Assembly: GCA_045533905.1 (NCBI GenBank)
Contig: JAZSIR010000008.1
Location: forward strand, 55,623-119,622
Direction of reading: 5' to 3'
DNA from: Clostridia bacterium
GTDB lineage: Bacteria; Bacillota; Clostridia; UMGS1883; UMGS1540
Length of the DNA: 64,000 nt
A model generated the notes under the pieces. It saw nothing but the letters and a program-made list of their open reading frames with translations, was not told where the DNA came from and did no database searches. The number at the start of each line of letters is the position of its first letter. Position 1 is the first letter of the stretch. The translations under genes and the position numbers were made by a program. This document shows, piece after piece, positions 20,574-30,594 of this stretch.

Positions 20574-21041
20574 ATGCGGAAAACTACCCGCACTTTCATC
20601 GTGTCCATTTTGATTGCGCTCGCGGTCGGTGCGCTTTCTTCCTTTCTGACGATGGACAGTATGGAAGACTTTGCCCGTCTTGCGCAGCCGCCGCTCTCTC
20701 CTCCCGGCTGGCTCTTCCCCATTGTGTGGACGGTATTATTCATCCTTATGGGTATCGGCGCCGCGATGGTGTATCTTTCAGAAAGTGAACACCGCGAAAA
20801 GGCGCTTCGGGTTTATGCTGCGCAGCTCGCGGTGAACTTTTTATGGTCGATTATCTTTTTTAATCTCGAAGCGCGTCTTTTTGCCTTCTTCTGGCTTCTT
20901 CTCCTCCTGGCGCTCGTCATCCGGATGTTTTTCCTGTTTCGAAAAATCCGGCCACTGGCCGCCTATCTCCAGATTCCGTACCTTCTGTGGCTTCTCTTTG
21001 CCGCGTATCTGAATTTCGGCGTGTGGCTCTTAAACCGCTGA
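20574..21041 (+). CDS. tspO: TspO/MBR family tryptophan-rich sensory protein
   Basis: PPLSPPGWLFPIVWTVL, QLAVNFLWSIIFF, PYLLWLLFAAYLN. Confidence 0.93.
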   Translation: MRKTTRTFIVSILIALAVGALSSFLTMDSMEDFARLAQPPLSPPGWLFPIVWTVLFILMGIGAAMVYLSESEHREKALRVYAAQLAVNFLWSIIFFNLEARLFAFFWLLLLLALVIRMFFLFRKIRPLAAYLQIPYLLWLLFAAYLNFGVWLLNR

Positions 21042-21614
21042 CAGTGCCTCTCTTTTCTGCTGCACCAGGAAATTACGCGCGGCTACGGTGTCGGTATCGA
21101 GCACAGACCCTTTCTGCAGTACGTGCGCGATCGTTTGGTTAATGGACAAAATCAGAGCTTCGTCAATGTCATCCATGGCAATTTGGCGGAGCTTTTCTAC
21201 ATTCGGGACGTTTCTGCCCGGCTCAATGATATCCGACAGATAAATGATTTTTGTAAGGAGCGGCATATCTTCGTGCCCCGTGGTATGATAGTATATGGCC
21301 TCTAAAACCTCGCTATCCGAAACGCCGAATTCTGTTTTGGCAATATGTGCCCCAAGATAGGAATGGACAAGGCCTTTTTCTATGTAACACACAGGCTTTA
21401 GGGAAATGCCTGCCGCATCGCACATACGGAAAGCCTCAGGCTTTGGGATATCCTTCGCGCAGTCATGCAAAATGCCGGCGACGCGCGCCTTTTCGGTATC
21501 TATGCCGTATCTCTCCGCCAAAAGCACAGCGGTGTCCCGAACGCCAAGCGAATGCAAAAAGCGTTTTTCGCTCATCATACCGCGCAGTTTTTCTATCATG
21601 GCCTGTTCTGTCAT
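21030..21614 (-). CDS. yqeK: Ap4A hydrolase YqeK (HD domain)
   Basis: RFLHSLGV, LHDCAK, YHTTG, SDIIEPGR; follows nadD. Confidence 0.92.
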   Translation of the reverse strand: MTEQAMIEKLRGMMSEKRFLHSLGVRDTAVLLAERYGIDTEKARVAGILHDCAKDIPKPEAFRMCDAAGISLKPVCYIEKGLVHSYLGAHIAKTEFGVSDSEVLEAIYYHTTGHEDMPLLTKIIYLSDIIEPGRNVPNVEKLRQIAMDDIDEALILSINQTIAHVLQKGSVLDTDTVAARNFLVQQKREALSAV

Positions 21615-22183
21615 AGTATCCCCCTCAAGCTGTATAATCTGTTTTCTTCTATGTATTCTGCCACACCCGGCGGAAGTAGCGCGCCAACACTTTCGCCCGC
21701 AGCGAGTGCCGCGCGTACATCCGTGGAAGAAATTTGTACTTTCGGTATTTTAACGTACAGGGCATCAATCGGCGGCAGGATTCCCTCGCGGGTGACTACC
21801 ACAAACTCCGCCACTTTTCGGATGCGCTCGGGCATACGCCAGGTGTGAAGCTGTGCATACGCTTCATCCCCGATTAGAAAATACAGCTTTGCCCGCGGGA
21901 AAACCTCGGCAAAATGCTCCACGGTAAGATACGAGTAGCTTGTACCTTCCTTGGTAATTTCATAATCGGAAACTACAAATCTAGGCTCCCCTTCTGTTGC
22001 TTTTTCGAGCATACGAAGCCTATGCGCCCCATCCGCAAAGCAGCCTTTCTTATGCGGCGGAATATGCGCCGGTATGAAAATGACGCGGTCGAGACATAAG
22101 GCATCCGCTACGGATTCCGCAAGGTGCAAATGCCCAATGTGCACGGGGTCGAACATGCCCCCAAATAGTCCTATACGTTCCAT
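21611..22183 (-). CDS. nadD: Nicotinate-nucleotide adenylyltransferase
   Basis: GGMFDPVHIGH, PPHK, ISSTDVR. Confidence 0.95.
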   Translation of the reverse strand: MERIGLFGGMFDPVHIGHLHLAESVADALCLDRVIFIPAHIPPHKKGCFADGAHRLRMLEKATEGEPRFVVSDYEITKEGTSYSYLTVEHFAEVFPRAKLYFLIGDEAYAQLHTWRMPERIRKVAEFVVVTREGILPPIDALYVKIPKVQISSTDVRAALAAGESVGALLPPGVAEYIEENRLYSLRGIL

Positions 22184-22189
22184 TTTTTC

Positions 22190-23449
22190 TTACTCCACAA
22201 AGTCAAATTCCATATCGCCAAACACAACGGTGTTGCCTTCCTGAATACCTTTTTCACGAAGCGCATCGATAATGCCGTGCGCTTTGATGGCACGCTGGAA
22301 GTAGTGCACGGATTCGTCCTCACCAAAGTTAATGCCGCGCAGGAGCTTATCCACATACGGGCCGGAAACGGTGTACACATCGTTTTCCACCGTAATTTCA
22401 TACGCGTTATAATCGATAACCTCTTCCTCGATTTCCTCCGCCTCATAGACGGGCATCGGCGGAAGCGAGTCGAGCATTCCGGCGATATGGTTCATAAGTG
22501 CATCCACACCTTCGCCCGTTGCAGCGCTGATGGGGAAATACGGATAGCCAGATTCTACCGCAAACTGCGCAAATTCTTCCGCTTTTTCACTCGGCAAATC
22601 GCTCTTATTTCCTGCGATGACCTGCGGGCGGAGAAGAAGCTCGGGGTTATACAGTTCAAGTTCGCGGCAAATGGCCTCAAAATCATCGAGCGGGTCACGT
22701 CCTTCAATGCCGGACGCATCCACCACGTGAATAATCACGCGCGTTCTCTCGATATGGCGCAAAAACTCGTGCCCGAGGCCTGCGCCCGTATGAGCGCCCT
22801 CGATAAGACCGGGAACATCTGCGATGACAAATGATTTATCGTGTACCGACACGACACCGAGATTCGGGGTAAGTGTCGTAAAATGATAATTGGCAATTTT
22901 CGGACGTGCGGAACTAACGCGGGAGATAAGCGTCGATTTTCCCACGTTCGGAAAGCCTACAAACGCCACATCGGCAAGAAGCTTAAGCTCGAGTATAATT
23001 TCCCTTTCCTGCCCAAGCTCGCCGGGTTTCGCAATTTTGGGTGCCTGGCGCACAGGTGTGGCAAAATGCACATTGCCCCAACCGCCGTTACCGCCTTTTG
23101 CGGCAATATATGTTTTATTTTCACCCGTCATATCCGCGAGCACTTTACCGGTTTTGGCATCGCGAATAATCGTGCCCTCCGGTACACGCACGAAGGTATC
23201 CTCCCCTGCGCGGCCGCTGCATCTGCGGGCGCGACCGTCCTGCCCGTTCTGGGCATTATACGTTTTACGGTAGCGAAAGTCCATAAGCGTTGTCAGCTTA
23301 TTATCCGCCACGAAAACCACGTTGCCGCCACGGCCGCCGTCACCCCCGTCAGGGCCGCCGGCAGGTACGTATTTTTCACGGTGAAAGGACACGAGGCCGT
23401 TGCCGCCCTTACCTGCCTTTACCGTAATGGTTGCAGTATCTACAAACAT
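22190..23449 (-). CDS. obgE: GTPase ObgE/CgtA
   Basis: Gly-rich Obg domain, GFPNVGKST, YHFTT, DVPGLIEGA, NKSD. Confidence 0.98.
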   Translation of the reverse strand: MFVDTATITVKAGKGGNGLVSFHREKYVPAGGPDGGDGGRGGNVVFVADNKLTTLMDFRYRKTYNAQNGQDGRARRCSGRAGEDTFVRVPEGTIIRDAKTGKVLADMTGENKTYIAAKGGNGGWGNVHFATPVRQAPKIAKPGELGQEREIILELKLLADVAFVGFPNVGKSTLISRVSSARPKIANYHFTTLTPNLGVVSVHDKSFVIADVPGLIEGAHTGAGLGHEFLRHIERTRVIIHVVDASGIEGRDPLDDFEAICRELELYNPELLLRPQVIAGNKSDLPSEKAEEFAQFAVESGYPYFPISAATGEGVDALMNHIAGMLDSLPPMPVYEAEEIEEEVIDYNAYEITVENDVYTVSGPYVDKLLRGINFGEDESVHYFQRAIKAHGIIDALREKGIQEGNTVVFGDMEFDFVE

Positions 23450-23472
23450 ATAAACTCCACTTTCTCGTTAAT

Positions 23473-23510
23473 AAAAAAATCGCAGACATACTTCATATCT
23501 GCGATTTTTT
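23473..23510 (-). terminator. Terminator after rpmA
   Basis: AAAAAATCGCAGA...TCTGCGATTTTTT inverted repeat. Confidence 0.75.
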
Positions 23511-23513
23511 CCA

Positions 23514-23795
23514 CTACTGTACAGGGTATACGCTAACCTTTTTCTTATCCTTACCCATGCGCTCAAACTTAACCTTGCCGGAAACGAGAGCAAAGAGCGT
23601 ATCGTCACCGCCACGACCTACGTTTGTACCGGGATGGATTTTGGTGCCGCGCTGTCTGACCAGAATATTACCGGCCGGAACAACCTGCCCGTCAGCACGC
23701 TTTACGCCAAGACGCTTACTTTCGCTGTCGCGGCCGTTCTTCGTGCTACCCATACCTTTTTTATGTGCAAATAACTGAATATTGAGCGAGAACAT
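23514..23795 (-). CDS. rpmA: 50S ribosomal protein L27 with Prp-cleaved N-terminal extension
   Basis: [24 protein letters not shown]. Confidence 0.98.
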   Translation of the reverse strand: MFSLNIQLFAHKKGMGSTKNGRDSESKRLGVKRADGQVVPAGNILVRQRGTKIHPGTNVGRGGDDTLFALVSGKVKFERMGKDKKKVSVYPVQ

Positions 23796-23800
23796 TCGGA

Positions 23801-24121
23801 TTACACCTCCATTACTTTCACAAACTCTTGATATTGCTCTGAAAGCGTGTGCATAAATGCCGCCATACTTTCAAGAAGCAAGTCCGCCTTTTCTCTCTCC
23901 TTTTCGGAGAGGGGCGGAAGGACGCAGGACACATATCCGTCACGATTTTCAACTTCTGCCGGAAGCTTTGCTACCTCCAGAAGCCCGTTTACCGTATTCC
24001 ACACAACCGATGAAACAGAAGCGCAGACAATGTCTTCCCCTTCTGCCGCAAAGCCGGTATGGCCAGAAACTGTAAATGCCGTGATTTTTTGCTTGGTCCT
24101 TTTTAATTCTACCGTTGTCAT
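23801..24121 (-). CDS. prp: Ribosomal-processing cysteine protease Prp
   Basis: SGHTG...DIVCASVS; between rplU and rpmA. Confidence 0.95.
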   Translation of the reverse strand: MTTVELKRTKQKITAFTVSGHTGFAAEGEDIVCASVSSVVWNTVNGLLEVAKLPAEVENRDGYVSCVLPPLSEKEREKADLLLESMAAFMHTLSEQYQEFVKVMEV

Positions 24122-24432
24122 TAGCCGTTGATCTTTTCGATCTGAACCTTTGTGTACGGCTGGCGGTGACCCTGTCTTCTTCTATAACCCTTCTTCGGCT
24201 TATACTTGAAGATAAGAACCTTCTTTGCCTTGCCGTTCTTCAGAACCGTGCCGGAAACTGTGGCGCCGCCTACAAAGGGGTTGCCAAGCTTCAGCTCTGC
24301 ACCTTCACCTACGGCGAGAACTTCGTCGAAGGAAACAGATGCGCCTTCTTCAGCGTTCAGCTTTTCGATGTATACAACGTCTCCTTCGGAAACTTTGTAC
24401 TGCTTACCGCCTGTCTGAATAATTGCGTACAT
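24121..24432 (-). CDS. rplU: 50S ribosomal protein L21
   Basis: [14 protein letters not shown]...GHRQPYT. Confidence 0.98.
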   Translation of the reverse strand: MYAIIQTGGKQYKVSEGDVVYIEKLNAEEGASVSFDEVLAVGEGAELKLGNPFVGGATVSGTVLKNGKAKKVLIFKYKPKKGYRRRQGHRQPYTKVQIEKING

Positions 24433-24454
24433 TCTCAATACACCTCCTATAATA

Positions 24455-24514
24455 CGGACTCGCTATCCTGGGTAAGCGCGCACGCTTTTAAAACCCGTTC
24501 AACGCGGTTACAGT
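24455..24514 (-). promoter_or_regulatory. L21 leader (autoregulatory RNA)
   Basis: Leader ACCGCG...GGGT...ACCC...GCGAGTC between a TTGACA-N17-TATCAT promoter (24517-24545) and the rplU RBS. Confidence 0.65.
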
Positions 24515-24553
24515 TTATGATACCACATTTTTTCTGTGCTGTCAACTCTTTTT

Positions 24554-25210
24554 TTATTTTTTCTCGGTTTCTTCCTCAATGCAGGCGGTAATATGCTGGG
24601 AGAGCGTCATAAGACTGTCGCTGAGGTGGACATTTTCCACACAAATCCCCTCCGGCGCCGCAAGCTCCATAAAAGAAAAGTTCCAAAGGCCACGTATGCC
24701 AAGCCCGGGAAGACGGTTTGCAATTTCTACCGCCGCAGGCTTGGAGGCCGTTAAAATAGCAATCTCGGGTTTTTCGCGCAGGCAGAATTCCTCGATCTTA
24801 TCCATATGGAGAACCTCTATACCGTGCACCTTCGTTCCCACCACATCGGGCGCAATGTCGAAAAGACCGACAACGCGGAAGCCGCGGCGGACAAAACCGG
24901 GGTAATTGGCAAGCGCGTGCCCAAGATTACCTGCGCCGATGATAATCAGCCTGTATCCTTTAGAAAGGCCTAAAATATCGGCAATTGCATCATGCAGCTG
25001 CGCTACATTATACCCGTACCCCTGCTGCCCGAAGCCGCCGAAACAGTTTAAGTCCTGGCGGATCTGGGAAGCGGTAACATTCATTTTTTCGCCCAGCTCC
25101 GTGGAAGAAATGCGCTCTACGCCTCTCTCCATAAGATCGCTTATATATCGGTAATACCGCGGCAAGCGGCGAATGACCATCTGGGAAATTTTCTTCATAG
25201 TTCCTGCCAT
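24554..25210 (-). CDS. rex: Redox-sensing transcriptional repressor Rex
   Basis: RRLPRYYR, SQIRQDL, FGQQGYGY, GAGNLG. Confidence 0.96.
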   Translation of the reverse strand: MAGTMKKISQMVIRRLPRYYRYISDLMERGVERISSTELGEKMNVTASQIRQDLNCFGGFGQQGYGYNVAQLHDAIADILGLSKGYRLIIIGAGNLGHALANYPGFVRRGFRVVGLFDIAPDVVGTKVHGIEVLHMDKIEEFCLREKPEIAILTASKPAAVEIANRLPGLGIRGLWNFSFMELAAPEGICVENVHLSDSLMTLSQHITACIEEETEKK

Positions 25211-25219
25211 CCTGCTACA

Positions 25220-26386
25220 TCAGATTTTTTGGATTGTTTCCATTACATAATCAGCAAACTCTGCGCTTGTTGCGCCGTCTGCCCTGCCTGTCATCACAAG
25301 CTTCTTCTCTTCCAGCATACAGATATCCAGCGCTCTTGTAAGGCGTGCGGCCTTATCGGCATAGCCGATATGCTCTAAAAGCATCGCGGCGGCTCTGATG
25401 ATACTGCACGGGTCTGCATACTGTGCACGGCCTTCTTCCACCATACGCGGTGCAGAGCCGTGAATCGCTTCGAACATTGCATAGCGCTTGCCCATATTAG
25501 AGCTGCCTGCCGTGCCTACGCCGCCCTGAAATTCTGCAGCTTCATCTGTTAAGATATCGCCGTAGAGATTCGGGAGGAGAAGCACCTGGAAGGCTGTGCG
25601 GCGCTTTTCGTCCACAAGCTTCGCCGTCATAATATCAATATACCAGTCATCCATTTCGATGCCCGGATAGTCCTTGGCAACTTCCTTGCAGATATTGAGG
25701 AACTTTCCGTCTGTTGTTTTGATAACGTTTGCCTTAGTGACCACAGAAACGCGCGTCTTCCCTGTTTTCTTTGCATATTCGAAGGCTGCACGGGCGATGC
25801 GCTCGGTACCTTCCGTTGTGGTAACACAGAAATCAAAGGCAAGATCGTCGTCAATATGTACGCCGTTCGAGCCGAGTGCATAGGAGCCTTCCGTATTTTC
25901 TCTGAAGAAGGTCCAGTCGATTCCCTGCTCGGGTACCTTTACGGGGCGGACGTTTGCAAAAAGGTCAAGCGCTTTGCGCATTGCGACATTGGCACTTTCG
26001 ATATTCGGCCACGGGTCGCCTGCGCGCGGGGTGGTTGTAGGCCCTTTCAGAATAACGTGGCAGGCCCGGAGCTCTTCCATAACGTCATCCGGAATTGCCT
26101 TCATAACCTTTACGCGGTTTTCGATGGTGAGCCCGCCAATTACGCGAAACTCCACCTTGCCGCTTTTCACTTCGTCCGCGAGAAGGTATTCAAGGATTCG
26201 CTGTGCCTGTGCGGTGATAGCAGGGCCGATACCGTCGCCCCCTACAACGCCGATAATGATGGTTTCGAGTTTTTCATAGTCGATAAACTCTTTATCAGCC
26301 TTCATACGTTCCACGCGCTGGAGCTGGGAACGGATAAGCGCCGCAAATTTATCGGTTGCTACTTGAATTTTATCCATTTTGTTCAT
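25220..26386 (-). CDS. Isocitrate/isopropylmalate dehydrogenase family protein
   Basis: GDGIGP, KGPTTTP, RENTEGSY, PNLYGDILTDEAA, EAIHGSAP. Confidence 0.92.
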   Translation of the reverse strand: MNKMDKIQVATDKFAALIRSQLQRVERMKADKEFIDYEKLETIIIGVVGGDGIGPAITAQAQRILEYLLADEVKSGKVEFRVIGGLTIENRVKVMKAIPDDVMEELRACHVILKGPTTTPRAGDPWPNIESANVAMRKALDLFANVRPVKVPEQGIDWTFFRENTEGSYALGSNGVHIDDDLAFDFCVTTTEGTERIARAAFEYAKKTGKTRVSVVTKANVIKTTDGKFLNICKEVAKDYPGIEMDDWYIDIMTAKLVDEKRRTAFQVLLLPNLYGDILTDEAAEFQGGVGTAGSSNMGKRYAMFEAIHGSAPRMVEEGRAQYADPCSIIRAAAMLLEHIGYADKAARLTRALDICMLEEKKLVMTGRADGATSAEFADYVMETIQKI

Positions 26387-26400
26387 CCTTCCTTTCTATA

Positions 26401-27837
26401 TCAGCGAAGCGCTTCGAGCGCCTCGCGAAGTTTCGTTTGAATTACACCCGGGTTTGCCTTGCCGCGAGACGCGCGCATGACCTGCCCCGTCAAAAAGCCG
26501 ATGGCTTTATCCTTACCTGCGCGGAAGTCCGCTACCGCCGCTTCATTCTGGCGAAGCACTTCTCCGATCATTTCCATAATGGCGCCTTCATCGCTGATCT
26601 GTGCAAGACCTTTTTCGGAAACAATCGCTGCCGGTCCCTTTTTGCTTTCGAACATTTCGGGAAGAACCTGCTTTGCAATCGTTCCCGTGATTGTGCCCTT
26701 TTCAATAAGGTCGATAAGTTCAAAAAGCGCTTTGCCGTCAAACGGAATTTCCTCGGCAGAAAGCGATGTTTCATTCAGAATCTTACTGATTTCGCCAAGC
26801 AGCCAGTTGGAAGCTGTTTTCGGTGCAGTGCCTGCCGCTACCGCTTCTTCAAAGAGCGTGCCGAGGCCGAGCGAGGCTGCGAGCAGACCTGCATCGTATT
26901 TCGGAATGCCAAACGTTTCAACGTATCTCTTTTTCTTTTCCGAGGGAAGCTCGGGAAGCGACGCGCGGATGGCTTCCACCTCTACCTCTTCAATATAGAT
27001 AGGCATAAGGTCGGGCTCGGGGAAATAGCGGTAATCGTGTGCTTCTTCCTTCGAGCGCATCAAAAAGCTTTCGCCCTTTGCATCGTCCCACCGCCGTGTT
27101 TCCTGCTCGACAGCACCGCCGCTTTCGAGGATGGCAATCTGACGGTCTCTCTCATAACGGATAGCACGGACAGCTGCATGGAAGGAGTTTACATTCTTGC
27201 ACTCACTGCGAACGCCGAATTCCTTCTGCCCTTCGGGACGTACGGAAACGTTGATATCACATCTGAGCGAGCCTTCCTGCATCTTACAGTCAGAAACGCC
27301 GATAGCCTCAAGGGTGGACTTGATGGTCTCTAAAAATGCCATCGCCTCCTCAGGCGAGCGCATATCCGGCTCACTTACAATTTCAATCAGCGGAACACCG
27401 CCGCGGTTATAGTCTACAAGCGAGAAGTTTGCGCCTTCCGCGTGCAGAAGCTTGCCGGCATCTTCTTCGATATGGATGCGGGTGATGCCGATGTTTTTCA
27501 TCCCGTCTTCCGTGTCAATTTCTACAAAGCCGCCTGCACAAAGCGGAATGTCAAACTGGGAAATCTGGTAAGCCTTCGGAAGGTCAGGATAAAAATAATT
27601 CTTTCTGTCCTGCTTGCAATACGGCGCGATGTTGCAGTGCATAGAAAGCCCTGCCCGCACGGCATACTCCACAACCTTCCGGTTCAGAACGGGCAGTGCG
27701 CCCGGAAGACCGATACATACAGGGCAGCAACGCGTATTCGTATCTCCGCCGAAGCTGTTTTCACAGCTGCAGTAAATCTTGGTTTTTGTACTGAGCTCAG
27801 CGTGTACCTCAAGCCCAATAACGGTTTCGTATCTCAT
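26401..27837 (-). CDS. gatB: Asp/Glu-tRNA amidotransferase subunit B
   Basis: IGLEVHAEL, RKNYFYPDLPK, HIEEDAGK, DYRYFPEPDL; start MRYETV at 27837. Confidence 0.97.
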   Translation of the reverse strand: MRYETVIGLEVHAELSTKTKIYCSCENSFGGDTNTRCCPVCIGLPGALPVLNRKVVEYAVRAGLSMHCNIAPYCKQDRKNYFYPDLPKAYQISQFDIPLCAGGFVEIDTEDGMKNIGITRIHIEEDAGKLLHAEGANFSLVDYNRGGVPLIEIVSEPDMRSPEEAMAFLETIKSTLEAIGVSDCKMQEGSLRCDINVSVRPEGQKEFGVRSECKNVNSFHAAVRAIRYERDRQIAILESGGAVEQETRRWDDAKGESFLMRSKEEAHDYRYFPEPDLMPIYIEEVEVEAIRASLPELPSEKKKRYVETFGIPKYDAGLLAASLGLGTLFEEAVAAGTAPKTASNWLLGEISKILNETSLSAEEIPFDGKALFELIDLIEKGTITGTIAKQVLPEMFESKKGPAAIVSEKGLAQISDEGAIMEMIGEVLRQNEAAVADFRAGKDKAIGFLTGQVMRASRGKANPGVIQTKLREALEALR

Positions 27838-27838
27838 C

Positions 27839-29278
27839 CTATCTCCCTCCCTGTTCCAAGGCGTATGCGGCGCGCAGAATATCCGCATCGCGCATACGGC
27901 CGCCGATAAGCTGCACCCCGATGGGAAGGCCGTTTTCATCCTGCCCGTACGGCATAGAAAGCGCCGGAAGGCCTGCAATATTTACGGAAACCGTGCAAAT
28001 ATCCGCAAGGTACATCTGCACCGGATCAGCCGATTTTGCGCCGAACTTCCAGGCCGTGCACGGCGAGGTGGGCGTTAAAATACAGTCCACAGTTTCAAAC
28101 ACACGCGCGAAATCTTCGCAAATCAGCGTACGCGTTTTCTGCGCCTTTTTGTAATAGGCATCATAGTAACCGCTACTCAGAACGAATGTGCCGAGCATAA
28201 TGCGGCGTTTTACTTCTTTACCAAAGCCTTCACTTCTCGTTTTAAGGAAGAGCTCTTCAATATTCTCACAGCCTTCTGCACGGAAGCCGTAGCGCACCCC
28301 ATCGTATCTTGCGAGGTTCGAGCTTGCTTCTGCGGAAGAAATGAGGTAATACGCTTCGAGTGCATAGTCAAGCATCGGGAGCGAACAATCCACCACTTCT
28401 GCGCCCATTGCCGCATACGCTTTGGCGGCAGAAAGCACCGCTTCGCGAACAGCGGGATCGACAGCGTCGCTTAAATATTCTTTCGGAAGACCGATGCGCA
28501 TACCGCGACATTCGCCGGTAAGTGCGCCAAAGAAATCCGGCACCTCGCCTCTGTAGGAAGTGGAATCCTTTTCATCTTTGCCGCAAATGGTCGAAAGCAC
28601 AAGAGCCTGGTCGCGCACGTCCTTCGTAATCGGACCAATCTGGTCAAGTGAAGAGGCAAAAGCCACAAGGCCGTAACGCGATACGAGCCCGTATGTAGGC
28701 TTCATACCCACAACGCCGCAAAACGACGCGGGCTGACGGATAGAGCCGCCCGTATCGGACCCAAGCGCAAACACAGCTTCATCCGCCGCAACAGCGGCCG
28801 CGGAGCCGCCCGAAGAGCCGCCCGGAACGTGCTCGGTGTTTCTCGGGTTCTTTGTCTTTTTAAAATAGGAGTTTTCCGTGGAAGACCCCATCGCAAATTC
28901 GTCCATATTCGCTTTGCCGACCATAACAGCGCCTGCCGCATCCAGCTTTTCATAAGCAGTGGCGCTATACGGCGGCACATAGTTATAAAGCATTTTGGAG
29001 GCGCACGTTGTTAAAACACCCTTCGTGGAAATATTATCTTTAATCGCCACGGGAATACCTGCAAGAGGCGAAAGTTTCTCGCCTGCCGCGATTTTTACAT
29101 CCACTTCCTCGGCCTTTCTGATTGCCTCTTCGGCCGTTACGGTAATATAGCTTTCCACCGCGGGCTCTGTTTCTTCGATATGTGCAAGCTGGGCACGAGT
29201 AAGCTCGGCGGAGGAAATCTCTTTATTTTGTATTTTTTCTGACAGCGCATGCGCCGTAAGAGATAAAAGCGCGTTCAT
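27839..29278 (-). CDS. gatA: Asp/Glu-tRNA amidotransferase subunit A
   Basis: Amidase signature [24 protein letters not shown]. Confidence 0.97.
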   Translation of the reverse strand: MNALLSLTAHALSEKIQNKEISSAELTRAQLAHIEETEPAVESYITVTAEEAIRKAEEVDVKIAAGEKLSPLAGIPVAIKDNISTKGVLTTCASKMLYNYVPPYSATAYEKLDAAGAVMVGKANMDEFAMGSSTENSYFKKTKNPRNTEHVPGGSSGGSAAAVAADEAVFALGSDTGGSIRQPASFCGVVGMKPTYGLVSRYGLVAFASSLDQIGPITKDVRDQALVLSTICGKDEKDSTSYRGEVPDFFGALTGECRGMRIGLPKEYLSDAVDPAVREAVLSAAKAYAAMGAEVVDCSLPMLDYALEAYYLISSAEASSNLARYDGVRYGFRAEGCENIEELFLKTRSEGFGKEVKRRIMLGTFVLSSGYYDAYYKKAQKTRTLICEDFARVFETVDCILTPTSPCTAWKFGAKSADPVQMYLADICTVSVNIAGLPALSMPYGQDENGLPIGVQLIGGRMRDADILRAAYALEQGGR

Positions 29279-29293
29279 ATGCGTTCTTCCTTT

Positions 29294-29578
29294 CTATTCG
29301 ACCGTTTTGGGAACAACGAAGCATCCCATATCCTTGTCCGGCGCGTTTTGCAATATGGCGTCCGTGGAAAGCGAGGGGCAAATCTCATCCTCACGGAAAA
29401 CGTTCTTGCCCTCCCCTGCAAACATAGTAGGGTCGGCCGTTGTGGAAAGCGCGGAGAGCTTATCGGCAAATGCCAGTATGCCCTGCATCTCCCCGGTCAG
29501 TCTTTCTTTTTCTTCCTCGCAAAGTTCAAGCTTTGAAAGCTTTGCAAGGTGCTCAATTTCCTGCATTGTAATTGCCAC
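29294..29578 (-). CDS. gatC: Asp/Glu-tRNA amidotransferase subunit C
   Basis: HLAKLSKL...NVFRED...NAP..FVVPK; upstream of gatA. Confidence 0.93.
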   Translation of the reverse strand: MAITMQEIEHLAKLSKLELCEEEKERLTGEMQGILAFADKLSALSTTADPTMFAGEGKNVFREDEICPSLSTDAILQNAPDKDMGCFVVPKTVE

Positions 29579-29595
29579 TTATGGTCCCTCTCTTT

Positions 29596-30270
29596 CTATC
29601 GAACAATACATTTCGGCATAAATTCCAGATAATCAGCCGAAACGAGTAAATCTCTTTCGCTCTGTGCGAATTTATTCCACGCGGTTTTGCCGTGCAGATG
29701 TCCGTACACACAAAATTCCACGTTATATTCCTCTAAAATTTCCTGAAACCCCACATCGGGCGGATAGTGCATCATCACAATTCTCTTTTCGGAAAGCTTT
29801 TTGCCCTCGCCGAGAGAAAGCGCAAGGCGCACCATTTCACGCTCGTAAATTTTTCTGTCTTCCCCCGAAAAATCAGAATCGAACGGAGATTTCCAGCCGC
29901 GGCAGGCACAGATTGCATATCCGTCCGCCAGCACGCTGTTATTATGCAAAAAGGTAATGGTGGAAAGTTCGTTTTCCTCCAAAAAGGCGCGAAGTTTTGC
30001 CGCCGTCACCCACCAGTAATCGTGATTTCCTTTGGAAAGAAGTTTGCGCCCCGGGAGCGCTTCAATAAATCGAAAATCCGGCAACGCTTCTTCAAGATAC
30101 ATTGCCCAAGAAATATCGCCGCCGATCAAAACGGTATCGTTTTCGCCCACCGTTTTCTTCCAGTTTTCAGAAATTCTTTCCACATAGTTTTCCCATCCGC
30201 CGCCAAACACATCCATCGGCTTATTAATGCCGAGCGGCAAATGCAAATCGGACATGGCAAATATAGCCAT
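29596..30270 (-). CDS. Calcineurin-like metallophosphoesterase
   Basis: SDLH, GDISW, GNHD, HYPP, GHLH. Confidence 0.9.
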   Translation of the reverse strand: MAIFAMSDLHLPLGINKPMDVFGGGWENYVERISENWKKTVGENDTVLIGGDISWAMYLEEALPDFRFIEALPGRKLLSKGNHDYWWVTAAKLRAFLEENELSTITFLHNNSVLADGYAICACRGWKSPFDSDFSGEDRKIYEREMVRLALSLGEGKKLSEKRIVMMHYPPDVGFQEILEEYNVEFCVYGHLHGKTAWNKFAQSERDLLVSADYLEFMPKCIVR

Positions 30271-30347
30271 AGACACTCTCCCTTAGTATAACAAACTGTT
30301 TTTTGACACAAGCTATATAGGAATTCAAAAAGAAGGAGGGTATATGT

Positions 30348-30536
30348 ATGCAACCGAATCGAAATGAAAAAGTACTGCGCGATGTAAAGTGCAGTGTGAA
30401 AAGCTGCCACTTTAACGACTCGGACGGTAAGTGCCGCGCAGAAGCCATTGAGGTAAGCCCCTGCTCCGGCACAGGCTGCGAAGGCACGCTCTGCGCCACC
30501 TTCGTAGACCGCGACAAATGCGGGAGCTGTTACTAA
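30348..30536 (+). CDS. Small Cys-rich protein (DUF1540-like)
   Basis: VKCSVKSCHFN...CRAEAIEV...TLCATF; AAGGAGG RBS. Confidence 0.8.
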   Translation: MQPNRNEKVLRDVKCSVKSCHFNDSDGKCRAEAIEVSPCSGTGCEGTLCATFVDRDKCGSCY

Positions 30537-30594
30537 CCCCAAACACGCCGTGCCGCCCTGCACGCAGATTTTCTGCCTACAGGGCGGTACAAAT